Shown: positions 39,101 through 50,892 of the stretch, one piece after another
Numbering within the stretch: the first letter of the stretch is position 1
Layout of the letters: every line of letters starts with the position of its first letter
NCBI GenBank assembly: GCA_020137815.1
Contig: CM035352.1
Coordinates: forward strand, 2,418,001 to 2,482,000
Length of the DNA stretch: 64,000 bases
From: Hormiphora californensis
Lineage: Eukaryota > Animalia > Ctenophora
Direction of reading: 5' to 3'
The notes under the pieces: generated by a model
Told to the model about the DNA's origin: nothing
Seen by the model: only the letters and a program-made list of their open reading frames with translations
Databases searched by the model: none
Made by a program: the position numbers and the translations under genes

Positions 39101-40930
39101 TTAGGCTGTCCAGTAAATATTTTCGTTTGGCTTCCACTGGGAAAATGGCCCGAGACAGAGCAAAATGGACCTCACCACAGTCCTTCTCACGCGACCCCGG
39201 ATCGGAACACCATGCCCGATATCGGCACTTGGATGTTCCCGGTCCCCACCAGGCCACCTACTCTACGCCACTCTTGATGCTGCTGCATATGAAAAATCGC
39301 GATTTTCGAGTTTTCCAAAACTAAAGACCCTTTTAACTTAGAGGTGGGGACGGTGTCGGCTGTGAGCAAATAACTTTCAAGCAGGCATAATTTGCAGTAG
39401 AATCAACTTTCAAAAACAAATTAACGACTAGGCCCTAGGGCCTTAAGTTATCCTACGCTTCAGTCCCCTGTAGCGGTGACTGTATTTAGGGAATACAGCG
39501 CATACCAGCCTGGTGTTACGGTTCCCAGGGGCTTCAGTTGAAGAACTTGGAATGCGCTGCAGCCCCCTCATGCGCGCACCCCCGCAACGAGGGGACTGGA
39601 GGGAATGCCGCGCGCGCGTTTGGCCTGAGCCCGGCTGGGCCGAAAATAACTTTGCGGTCGAAAAAACGGCGGTGCTTATAACTTTGGCCCCTGAAGTCCG
39701 TTTTGCTTGATTCTTTCACTAGCTGTTAGATCTGACAATTATCTACCTTGCTGTTTTTGAGAGAAGTTAATTGGACTTGAGGAGGCTGAGCAATAGCCGT
39801 TCAAAGATCGGTTGTTTTCAAAAAGTGACGTCACAGGTCCCTGCAGGGACACTTTGTTTCAAATTTGAATTAAAATCTCGAATTTTTTTATTTTACCGCA
39901 CTCGATTTTGCGGAGTTTGGTTCATATCTCCTGTTCCTGATAAGATAGAGACCTGAAACCGGTTGCATTTGAAAGCTGTTATCTTGTTCTTTCCAACGCT
40001 ACCAAAACGATTTCTGTACCTTATCTGGAACCGGAGATATGATTGATTATGTATTCCCCCTAGCGCGGTATTCCCTCCAGGCCCCTTATATTATAAGGGG
40101 CCTGCAACGTATGCCAATTGAAGAACCAAAATCAAAATAAAAAGTGTGCTCAGCTGAGAATTTTTTCTTTTTTTAAAAATTGAGCCGGGCCGGGCCGCGC
40201 GGCTCGATTTTGAGAGGTGGTTTTATTATTATTTGCGCTGGCGCGCCACGAGCCGCGCGATATTTCCAAATGATACGCGGTTCGAACTGGAAAACGTTAA
40301 AATCTGGGTGCCTTTCATTGCTAACAATTCGTAGTTTTGGCGCGCGCGACGGGTTAGGGCTATCCGTTAGGGTCTGGTTAGGGTTTGGTTTGGGGTTATC
40401 GGTTAGGGCTATCGATTCTCTAACTGATACCGTTTAGTTTACTCAAATCGGCCATGTGGTTCCATGGCTATAGCCGTTTGAAAAAAGTCGGTCTAAGTAT
40501 ACTCTTTTGGTAGCGCGCACCTGTAAACAGGCAGCCTGTTTACAGGTTTTTCACTTTTTTGACGATTTTTTCACTTTTTGGCAAGTTTTCCCATTTTCTT
40601 CTCTTCTTTCGTCCAAAAAGTGGGTCCTGGACCCATTGGACCCAGCCTCGCTTCGCCCCTGAACAGGCTGCAAGGCACCCAGATTATAATCGCGCCCGTT
40701 CGAACTTTCAGCTTTTTTCAAGATGGCCGTTTTTTAGAAAAATCTTGCTAGAAGTCTGAAGCTCTTCGAGAAATGTTTTCGCTGGAATTTGGAAAATGGA
40801 ACTCGAAACTCGAACTTAATCAAAGGACTTTAAATAAAATAACTCGATTGGAATTTCAAATTCAATAATTCTATCGTCGCAGCCAGCCGCCAGGTCCGAA
40901 AAATTTCCGAGGGGCCTCGACACAATCAGC
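39101..40930. mobile_element. Composite degenerate repeat region starting with a mariner-like end
   Basis: TA|TTAGGCTGTCCAGTAAATA resembles the TIR at 26392; CpG-rich non-coding interior with short palindromes (40080-40104, 40520-40547) and degenerate TTAGGG repeats (40351-40410); no partner TIR found. Confidence 0.4.
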
Positions 40931-40949
40931 TATTTGAAAAAAGTCATAA

Positions 40950-41978
40950 TCAGTTGGTGATTACGTTTTGGCGAGTATCATTTGAACTCTCTACCGTACT
41001 TTGTTGTCCCCTCACTCCACTAAAAACACCTCGAATCCACGTGTTAATCAGAGTGTTCCTGGTCACATGTACAACAGGATCAACTATGGAGGGGAGAACA
41101 CTAACTATTATCAGCTCCATCCTAACTGTGAACGCACCGTACTCGTGTTCATCAAGGAATACACAAGTTGCACTCTCAGCATTATTTGCAATATAATCCT
41201 CTTTGTTAGGTGACACAAGAAAAAGCTGGATTAGAACACCGATTAACACCACTGCTATTGTTAGTTCTATCAGCAGTAAAATTAGTACTGTCTCAGCAGC
41301 TCGTTGTTTAGTTGTATTTACCTGTGTAGAATGATTAGATCCTCGAACAGTTGCCTTTAATTTACACAACGCTCCTCCGGTAATTCCAATACAGACGGTA
41401 TACACGAGGATCGCCCCGAAAAAGATCACAAATCCTATGACTTTTTGAAATTGTATGGTCGCAACATTTGCCTTCTTCCCCCAAAATAGGGCCTCAATCC
41501 ATTCAACATCGTATGAAATGACATTATAAGAGGACACACCAGCAATTAAAACGGCCAGAAAAGCAACAATGGTGTAAACTGTGCTAGCATTGATGAATGT
41601 CAGTGGTCGGTAGATAGATACCATCCGCAGTGCCCATAGACTGAGTTTTGATAGAGTTGTCAGTCCTATACTGGTCAATTGAAGAGTGATCAGCAGGGTA
41701 ATAATCAGAGTAGACATGTCAACTTGGAGAGGGTAACAGAAGACTGCTATTGTTGTGATACACATGATCATATCTGTTATGCACAAGCCAACAACCATCT
41801 TGTCGCCTAGTCCTTTATTCCTCTGATATCTCAGAAAATACACCAAACACACAGTATTGAGAATAATTCCAAATGCAGCTGGAGGGGTTAGAGCCGCTAA
41901 GAAAATAATTCTTTGTTCATTCAGGACAGACACACGGTCTGGTAAACCTGTTTTGTTTTGCTCCTCGCATTCATCCAT
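40950..41978 (-). CDS. Intronless rhodopsin-class-like 7TM GPCR (orphan)
   Basis: 342 aa with seven hydrophobic segments; GIILN (TM1), LCITD (TM2), LRMVSIYRPL (DRY region), DPVVH (NPxxY region). Confidence 0.85.
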   Translation of the reverse strand: MDECEEQNKTGLPDRVSVLNEQRIIFLAALTPPAAFGIILNTVCLVYFLRYQRNKGLGDKMVVGLCITDMIMCITTIAVFCYPLQVDMSTLIITLLITLQLTSIGLTTLSKLSLWALRMVSIYRPLTFINASTVYTIVAFLAVLIAGVSSYNVISYDVEWIEALFWGKKANVATIQFQKVIGFVIFFGAILVYTVCIGITGGALCKLKATVRGSNHSTQVNTTKQRAAETVLILLLIELTIAVVLIGVLIQLFLVSPNKEDYIANNAESATCVFLDEHEYGAFTVRMELIIVSVLPSIVDPVVHVTRNTLINTWIRGVFSGVRGQQSTVESSNDTRQNVITN

Positions 41979-42731
41979 CTTTTATAAAGTCTGATGTTAG
42001 AATGTGATGCTACAAACGAAATATCAAGGAAGTGAGAGATTACGGGCACAGCAATATAGGGGGATGGATGGCGTAGGAACACACAGTAGGCTATTACAGG
42101 CACCTGGCACACCCGTTATATACACGTGGGTATTTGAAACAGCTCGTTGTGTAGGTAACACATAATATATGAGTAGGAAATATAGCCTGACTCTAAACAC
42201 AAGTCGTTCAAAAATTGGGTGATAAATACGCCGGAAGCAATTTTGTAATTGTATACAAAAAGTCAAAAGTGCAATTAGCAAACTAGTTCACACGAGTGTT
42301 CCAATGAGTTAGTTCCCAGTTCATCTCCACAATGTGTGTTCCATTGTGTTCTATGTGGTGATAGTTCGATGTGGCACAAAGAAAATACTAAGCATTTGGG
42401 CATTAAAAGTTGAAAGCCACTTGCAGAATACGATATAGTTTCACCTACTCATTTTGAAATCTAGAGAAGATTTTGTATCTATGTTTAATAATAATAATAA
42501 TGTTTAAAAGCAATCGACCGATTCTTACGCTCTATCAAACTAAATTGTCGAATAGACTTATATATCTACTTTAGATACGGCTATAGTATCTACCTAGGTA
42601 AGTCTTAAGACAGCCTCTGGTAACACGGAAGTAATTAAATCTGCCAGCTGCTTGAGCAATTTAGCACAATTAGCACGTCAAAAGTTATTAGTCGCGTTGC
42701 TCCCTGCTGTAATTTATCAGTTATGACTTAT

Positions 42732-45430
42732 CTCGACCAAAACGCGGAGTTTTTACGTCAGCCGACCCGAAACAGGATTAAATTTGGCCACCCGCTGGTC
42801 TCAGGGCCTCCAAATATGTCAAAATATGTCTGAATTGTCATTTGGGGTCATTTAGACCTTTTAATTACATGTAATTACCCTTTAATTACATGTAATTACA
42901 TTTTAATTACTTCCAATTACATTCCAATTACTTCAGCACCTCGAGAGCTTTCGAACGCTACCTAGAACACCTTTCTACTCCTTCTAATTGCCGAGTTCTT
43001 TATACCCCTTATTTTGACTGTTTTTCGCGTCCTACCCCTTATAGGTTTGGGTATGGCCATCGCCACACCCCCTATACGTCGCGGGACCTCGAGACCTTTC
43101 CAACGAGCCATAGAAAACCTCTCTACGACTTCAGGGGGCTTCAAAACTTTCACTCTAAAAATATCTATGGTTATGGTTATGGTTTTACTCGACCAAAACG
43201 CGGAGTTTTTACGTCAGCCGACCCGAAACCGGATTAAATTTGGCCACCCGCTGGTCTCAGGGCCTCAAAATATGTCAAAATATATTTAAATTATCATTTG
43301 GGGTCATTTAGACCTTTTAATTACATGTAACTACCCTTTAATTACATGTAATTACCCTTTAATTACATGTAATTACCCTTTAATTACATGTAGTTACTTC
43401 CAATTACATTCCAATTACTTCAGCACCTCGAGAGCTTTCGAACGCATCCTAGAACATCTTTCTACTCCTTCTAATTGCCGAGTTCTGTATACCCCTTATT
43501 TTGACTGTTTTTCGCGTCCTACCCCTTATAGGTTTGGGCACACCCATCGCCACACCCCCTATACGTCGCGGGACCTCGAGACCTTTCCAACGAGCCATAG
43601 AACACCTCTCTACTACTTCAGGGGGCTTCAAAACTTTCACTCTAAAAATATCTATGGTTTATGGTTTTATGGTTATGAGCAGTCCCAATGCCGTCTTATC
43701 CTCCCTCCCCTCTCTCGCCACGTAGCGCTTGTGCTCGCCACGTCTGTAGACATAACAACCCATGTTATGAGACGTCAATCCTCTTTCTCGTAATGCAGAA
43801 TCCTTCCAGAGAATAATAGTAGAGAAAGCAAGCCAATTGACGTCAGGGAGGAGGATGAGTCATCGTAACCTTACCACTGCACCACTTATATCGGGATACC
43901 GTATATGAAAATAGAAAGGGGGTTAGAAGGGGGTTAGGAACATATAATCCCGATAACATAATTACCCTTTAATTACATGTAATTACCCTTTAATTACATG
44001 TATAATTACTTCCAATTACATTCCAATTACTTCACCACCTCGAGAGCTTTCGAACGCACCCTAGAACACCTTTCTACTCCTTCCAATTGCTCCAAATACG
44101 TCAAAATATGTCTGAATTGTCGTTTGGGATCATTTAGACCTTTTAATTACATGTAATTACCCTTTAATTACATGTAATTACATTTTAATTACATGTAATT
44201 ACTTCCAATTACATTCCAATTACTTCAGCACCTCGAGAGCTTTCGAACGCACCCTAGAACGCCTTTCTACTCCTTCCAATTGCTCCAAATACGTCAAAAT
44301 ATGTTTAAATTATCATTTGGGATCATGCAGACCTTTTAATTACATGTAATTACCCTTTAATTACATGTAATTACATGTAATTACTTCCAATTACATTCCA
44401 ATTACTTCAGTACCTCGAGAGCTTTCGAACGTACCCTAGAACACCTTTCTACTCCTTCTCATTGCCGAGTTCAGCATACCCCTTATTTTGACTGTTTTTC
44501 GCGTCCTACCCCTTATAGGTTTGGGTATGGCCATCGCAACACCCTCTATACGTCGCGGGACCTCGAGACCTTTCCAACGAGCCATAGGACACCTCTCTAC
44601 TCCTTCTAATTGCCGAGTTCTGTATACCCCTTATTTTGACTGTTTTTCGCGTCCTACCCCTTATAGGTTTGGGTATGGCCATCGCCACACCCCCTATACG
44701 TCGCGGGACCTCGAGACCTTTCCAACGAGCCATAGGACACCTCTCTACTCCTTCTAATTGCCGAGTTCTGTATACCCCTTATTTTGACTGTTTTTCGCGT
44801 CCTACCCCTTATAGGTTTGGGTATGGCCATCGCCACACCCCCTATACGTCGCGGGACCTCGAGACCTTTCCAACGAGCCATAGAACACCTCTCTACTACT
44901 TCAGGGGGCTTCAAAACTTTCACTCTAAAAATATCTATGGTTTATGGTTTATGGTTTACTCGACCAAAACGCGGAGTTTTTACGTCAGCCGACCCGAAAC
45001 CTGATTAAATTTGGCCACCCGCTGGTCTCAGAGCCTCCAAATATGTCAAAATATGTCTAAATTGTCATTTGGGGTCATTTAGACCTTTCAATTACATGTA
45101 ATTACCCTTTAATTACATGTAATTACATTTTAATTACATGTAATTACTTCCAATTACATTCCAATTACTTCAGTACCTCGAGAGCTTTCGAACGCACCCT
45201 AGAACACCTTTCTACTGCTTCTAATTGCCGAGTTCTGTATACCCCTTATTTTGACTGTTTTTCGCGTCCTACCACTTATAGGTTTGGGTATGGCCATCGC
45301 CACACCCCCTATACGTCGCGGGACCTCGAGACCTTTCCAACGAGCCATAGAACACCTCTCTACTACTTCAGGGGGCTTCAAAACTTTCACTCTAAAAATA
45401 TCTATGGTTTATGGTTATGGTTATGGTTTT
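42732..45430. repeat. Complex head-to-tail tandem array, ~460-490-bp unit with internal sub-repeats
   Basis: Unit start CTCGACCAAAACGCGGAG at 42732, 43188 and 44959; (TAATTACATG) palindromic sub-repeats; 148-bp sub-unit triplicated (44488, 44636, 44784); units end in (T)TATGGT repeats; unrelated insert at ~43677-43950. Confidence 0.92.
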
Positions 45431-45656
45431 TTTTCATCTGGTATTAAGGGCCTGTCGGCTCGGCCCCGTTGTCTTAGTTTTAGGGGGGATGTTTTAGGGG
45501 GGATGGGTTGAGTTTGGGTTATATTCGGGTCGGGGGGCCTTACCAGGCCCCGAATCAGTCAGTCAGTTACTGTATATCATTAACTAATGATCCAGTCGAT
45601 GGGGATCTAATTAACTAAATCCTTCCCTTTAGGTCGACAATGAATTCACCGGTGTA

Positions 45657-46946
45657 ATGCTTTCTTCTGATAAAGTAAACCTACTATCGCATTTCCGATG
45701 TCCCATCTGCCTCTCTGTAGCACGGAACGCTGTCCTATGTCCCACCTGTTCGGACGTGTTTTGTAAGCGGTGCATTGAACAGTGTCTAACAACTAGGAGA
45801 TCCTGCCCCGTGTGTAGACAGCAGGTTAGAGGTGGTATCAGGGAGTTCCCGCCCTGTAAGTGGGCCACCCAACTCTCCGAGAAGATCGAGGGGTTAACGA
45901 TCCGGGATGCGGTGAAGTTATGTGAGACTCACCCAACCGAGATGGCTTCTCTCTACTGTGCTGACTGTTCGGATGCTGTGTGTGGCCATTGTATACTTGA
46001 CTCTGCTGAACACCATGGCCACAGTGTCAGTCCTCTCCAGACAGTGGCAAAAGAGTTAAACGAGACCGTGGTCAAAGAGCGGGAAAAGTTGAACGAAGTT
46101 AATTCGAGGTTACTCAAAAACATTGATGCTGTCCGTCGATCATCCAAAACCTTGAAATCAGTAGCGGGCTCCCATATGGCCGAGGGTGACACCCAGTTTA
46201 AAGAGATTGTACAGCTGCTGGTGAAAGAGAGACACAAGTCGCTGGTGAGTCTGATGAACTCCATACGAGATGATCAGGAGCAGTTGGAGGATCTACTATT
46301 TGAACAGGATGATAACGAGTCCACCTCCGCTGCTGCTGATGCCGTGGATATGATACACAGAAATACAGATTTCCTGGCTAAAAGCCAAGCTTTTTCAGCA
46401 CAATATGGAGATGAAGCCGTGTCTGAAATTGAAAGTAAGGTTGACGAACTGGTGAGCGACATGAGAACTGATTTGTTATCTTGCCTCGATACATGTCCAC
46501 CATTTTCCCTGGCAACCCAAACGGTTTACGACTACCGACACCACTGTCAGAATAACAAGCTGGTCCACTCTGACCAAATTGTGTTTTGTGACATGAAGTT
46601 TCGTGTGAACATCCAGTGCGGAGGTCAGCTTCAGATCTCCCTGGTGGAAGAGGAGAGTTCGGTGACGTATTCTGGATCCAGGGAATTCTATGTTCAAGTG
46701 ACACTCGTTAATCAGTTCGGTGCAAAGGACAGGAACCGACGGAGCTCTTTTTTGGTTAAAACAAAATCGGGTGTTCCTGTTTCGAAGAAAGTTGACAGTC
46801 TGTGCCTGTCTTACAATCAAATGATAGAATTTGGGTTTCTTAAGCCTAATGTGGATGTTATTGTGGTTCGGTTTGCGATAAGGCCCCTGTCCTACCAGGT
46901 CCTATCTCGCATCCAACACGATTATATAGCAAGTCTGTCTAAATAA
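45657..46946 (+). CDS. TRIM37: TRIM37-like E3 ligase (RING, B-box, coiled coil, MATH), intronless and short
   Basis: FRCPICL...AVLCPTCSDVFCKRCI...CPVCR...CKWATQL; B-box CETH...LYCADC...CGHC...HHGH; post-MATH GFLKPNVDVIVVRFAIRPLSYQVLSRIQHDYIASL parallels TRIM37. Confidence 0.8.
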   Translation: MLSSDKVNLLSHFRCPICLSVARNAVLCPTCSDVFCKRCIEQCLTTRRSCPVCRQQVRGGIREFPPCKWATQLSEKIEGLTIRDAVKLCETHPTEMASLYCADCSDAVCGHCILDSAEHHGHSVSPLQTVAKELNETVVKEREKLNEVNSRLLKNIDAVRRSSKTLKSVAGSHMAEGDTQFKEIVQLLVKERHKSLVSLMNSIRDDQEQLEDLLFEQDDNESTSAAADAVDMIHRNTDFLAKSQAFSAQYGDEAVSEIESKVDELVSDMRTDLLSCLDTCPPFSLATQTVYDYRHHCQNNKLVHSDQIVFCDMKFRVNIQCGGQLQISLVEEESSVTYSGSREFYVQVTLVNQFGAKDRNRRSSFLVKTKSGVPVSKKVDSLCLSYNQMIEFGFLKPNVDVIVVRFAIRPLSYQVLSRIQHDYIASLSK

Positions 46947-47173
46947 CCGTGTGTTGGAATAACATGGTATTTGGCAATGAAAACAACAATTGAACTGCAT
47001 GTTTTAAACCTCTTTTCTCATGATTTTCTTTTTTCTTGGTCACATATACATACTTTATTTTCAGTTTAGTGCTTCTTTTTAAAACCAAATATTTAAGTTT
47101 TTTAAAACGTTTTGTCTCTCTATGTTTTATGTTCTAAGACCTGATTTAATTAACCTCCAACTCCCTGCTATAG

Positions 47174-48930
47174 ATGGCGGGCAGATTCGACACCCTAGGT
47201 CAATGGTGTGGTGATGGTGAAGGATACAGGTGTGGATATTGCAAGAACACTGTCACCTCCTTCTCAACGGGTCTCTACCTTGTATTCACATCAGCGGAAC
47301 GTTATAACCGACTATTAGACAGGGGCTGGAGACGATCCGGGAAATACCTTTACAAACCGTCAATGGATAAAACGTGTTGCCCTCAGTACACCATTAAATG
47401 TAGTGTTGAGGACTTCCACCCGAGTAAAAGTCAGAGAAGGGTCCTCAAGAACTTTGAACATTTTCTAGAACACTCTAAGGCGGGTGATGTACCAGCAAGG
47501 AAAAAAGGCCCATCTACTAGTGGCGGTGGTAGACATGAACAAATGGTGGTTAATAATCCTGAGAATTCTAAAGCACCAGATTCATCTAGTGTCGTTTCTA
47601 TGGGGACCACATCTGCTACTTCCCTTCCAGCCTTTGATTCTTCCCCCTCTATTGCTCCTTCATCAAACAAATCAAACAATGATCACGTGACCTACAGAAC
47701 TGCACTTCAAATGTCCGAATCGAAGAAAAAGAGAGATTTCCGGAGATTAAGAAGATTAAAAAAGATTGCCAAGGAGAGTGGTGTTGAATGGCAGACGTTG
47801 GATGTTAGGGACTTTGGTCCGTCCCCTTCTCCACCTACTTTTAGAGACAGGTAAATATAAAGTTGGACCCCGATTTAATGGCACCCCGATTTAGTGGCAG
47901 GATTTTTTCCCCGATATAGGAAATTAACCCCGATTTAGTGGTTAAAACCCTTTCCCCCGAGGGTGCCACTAAATCGGGGTCCGACTGTATTAGCTACTTA
48001 ATTAGAGGGCACTGTACTAATTTGGGTCAATCTGATTACGACTGAATTCATTGCAACAACTACTCCCCTTTCAGAATTGATAAACTCCTGCAGAACTCTC
48101 GATTTCAACTAAAACTGGTGAAAGTAGGAAGTGAAGAGTATGATGCTACCTTTGGAGAATGTCACGCAGTGTATTCTCGTTACCAGGCAACCATACATGG
48201 TGATTCGCCCGAGGAATGTACACCAAAACGTTACACCAACTTTCTCTGTAGCTCGCCTTTTCAGCACAAAGGTAAATCTTAATTAATTGATCATTAATTA
48301 ATTAATTAGCCTAATAACCCTAGTAGCTAATTAACAAGTACCCTAATTGCAGAAGGGGCTGAGTTGGGAGCGTTCCACCAACAGTACTGGTTGGATGGGA
48401 GACTGGTCGCAGTGGGAGTTCTAGACATCCTTCCTCGATGTCTTTCATCAGTGTACTTCTTCTACGAGCCTACCTTTGAGAGTCTAACTCTGGGAACCTT
48501 GTCAGCACTCTTCGAGCTACATCTAGCCAACAAACTAACCGCAACTGTCCCTTCCCTGAAGTGGTATTACATGGGCTTCTATATCCACTCCTGCCCTAAA
48601 ATGCGCTACAAGGGTCTGTTTAAACCTTCCTTCTTGCTCTGTCCAAAAGGATACACCTGGTGGCCAATAGAGGACTGCCTGCCACAGTTAGACAAGGCCA
48701 AGTACTGTGAGTTTGATCCCAGCCCCCAGGAGGAACAAGCCATCACGGATGCAGATCGGTCCACCCAGGTGGTCATAAGTCCTGGAGATTGGAAGGCCAT
48801 GCAGTATGAATATTACGTGATGAGATTGGGTGGAAATGGAGAGTATTTTAGGGACATTTTCCCTGCATTGTTCAAACTAACTGGTAGAGTCAATGCTAGA
48901 AACATTTGTCTAATTACTGATGACCACTAA
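47174..48930 (+). CDS. ATE1: Arginyl-tRNA--protein transferase 1 (exons 47174-47850, 48075-48271, 48353-48930)
   Basis: CGYCK, LLDRGWRRSGKYLYKP...TCCPQYTI; YQATIHGD, FLCSSP; GAFHQQYWLDGRLVAVGVLDILPRCLSSVYFFYEP, YYMGFYIHSCPKMRYKG. Confidence 0.95.
47860..47987. mobile_element. Short pogo/Tigger-like MITE in ATE1 intron 1
   Basis: Imperfect TIR CAGTCGGACCCCGATTTAGTGGCACC with TA flanks and internal repeats of CCCCGATTTAGTGG; a related sequence lies at ~38407-38495. Confidence 0.65.
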
Positions 48931-49104
48931 TCGTATAAGACTGTTCTCTTTGTGTATAATTTGGTGTAGCGTCCACTGTCCAGTTTGTGTCTATCTTAGG
49001 TTCAAATGGGGTTTCCATGACAATGATATAGCATAGTTGACTCTCGATTTACCGGACTTGTCAGGTAAAATGGGAAACCAGTAAATAGAGAGTATACTAT
49101 AGTT

Positions 49105-49315
49105 GGCACAGTCCACGTCTGAGTGAGATAATCTCACTCAGACATCACAGAATTTCTCCTAAGTATACAATCTTTTTTACAAAAATAGAGTTGCTACATA
49201 AACTAGAGATGCTCTTGTTTATGTAGCAACTCTAATTTTTGTAAAAAGATTGTACACTTGGGAGAAATTGTGTGATGTCTGAGTGAGATTATCTCACTCA
49301 GACGTGGACTGTGCC
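49105..49315. mobile_element. 211-bp fully palindromic MITE with 4-bp AGTT target duplication
   Basis: GGCACAGTCCACGTCTGAGTGAGAT... / ...ATCTCACTCAGACGTGGACTGTGCC; AGTT at 49101-04 and 49316-19. Confidence 0.85.
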
Positions 49316-49586
49316 AGTTAGGAATTAGGACAATAGAGCTGATGCTGTGTGTCACTAGCCCGCTGCGAAATATGACTAAGTTGAGGAAAGGAAAGTTTTT
49401 TTGGAGAAATAAGTTTTTGTACAGAAATTGTGTCCTTTTACCATACTTTTTTACAAAGAATAGTTTCTATAATTAGCTGTTACAATTATTGTTACCCCTC
49501 CACGTGTTCCAAGTTACCCATGGCCCCATGATTCAACATATAATACACCCACACACGAATTATAATGATACCGTTCGTATCAGATC

Positions 49587-50628
49587 ATGGGTAAGACAGC
49601 TGAGATAACTCCTGAGGATCTGGATCTTCTGGAAAGTAGGGTAGACCTTCTGGAACGGGTGATGGGTGAGGGTGACGGTAAATCACCTGCCGTGGGGAAA
49701 CAAATCACCGATATCAATAGCAAGGTGCGTACATGTAATAGGATCGCTTAGAGAGTTTATTTCAGAAAATTAGTCGTCTAAGTCTGCTTTTGGTACTTTC
49801 CGAATTCTTATCTGTTTGTAGAGTCTTCTAACAGCTGTCCTATCCTAGGTGGATAAGATGTTGGGAAAACACCAGAAAACACAGGTTCTGTTGAAGCGTC
49901 TAAACGAGCTTGCAGAGTATACAGATCCTTCCTTTATAATGCGATATGATCCTGCTAACTTTATCAAGAGAGATTATGTGCTTGATAGCACTACTAGACT
50001 GCAGGTTAGTAGAGAGAGAGATCTTTACATCTCTCAGAGCATCGGTCTGGCCCTATTTTTCTTTCTGTGTCGAACTGGACAAATCTAGTTTTGTTCAAAC
50101 CCGCGGGGAAACAGGGTCGAGCAAGACAAAGATTGACAGAGTGTTAGTAAAAGTATGCTATTCCATCAGGATGGTGCTGTGGCTGCTAAAAAGATTCAAG
50201 AATTGAGTAAGTTTGTTGATAGCGGAAATCTAAAGAATCTTAATGAGCTGGAAAAGAAAATGGGACCTCTAACTTCGAAGTGCCTCGATCTCAGTGACAA
50301 GGAGCAGGTAATAAACAATACTGTGCCAGTACAGGTGCCTACTGCCTTCCACTGACAACAATACTGTCTCCTGACAATTGCGATTGTGTGACTGTACCAT
50401 ATAATTCTACTCTCTGTTCACCAAACAGTGATGTTCTTTTTGGTGTATACAGCTGATGAATTCCATTCCCTATTAATTCCCTATTATCCTCAGGAGGTTG
50501 GAAAGGAAATCGATGATCTACTGTTCAAATGGAATGGTATTCTAGATACACTAACAGACCAATTCGTTGCTTTTGACACCATCCTTCGTTCGATAGAGGA
50601 GAAGGAGGAAGAGAAGGCTAAAAAATGA
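49587..50628 (+). CDS. DCTN3: Dynactin subunit 3 (p22/p24) (exons ~49587-49724, 49849-50004, 50170-50307, 50494-50628)
   Basis: LDLLESRVDLLERVMG...VLLKRLNELAEYTDPSF...KRDYVL...VDSGNLKNL...LLFKWNGILDTLTDQFVAFDTILRSIE parallels DCTN3 over the full length. Confidence 0.8.
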
Positions 50629-50892
50629 ACAGAGAAATCTCAAGAAACTATCATCACAATTTTAGATTTGTGTGATGGAGTGTTTTGTAAGCGAGTAAGC
50701 TTGTGCAGTGAAGAGTCGGGAAGAGCTTCAGTGTGTTGAGAGCAGGGCTTTTTGATTTGATTTGTTATGTGTATGACTTTTGTAAATAATATATCTATTT
50801 AATCTCCATTTATTATTTTATCATAGAGTATTTAAAATCTAGTGTACTAACATTATTTAATTTCACTAACATATCATTAAATAGTAGGGGTG

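Noticed and set aside
42962-45511. Repeated short ORFs (MTVFRVLPLIG..., MKVLKPPE...) and CRISPR-like periodicity
   Set aside because: ORFs are by-products of the tandem repeat with variable frames and stops; there are no unique spacers or cas genes, and the context is eukaryotic.
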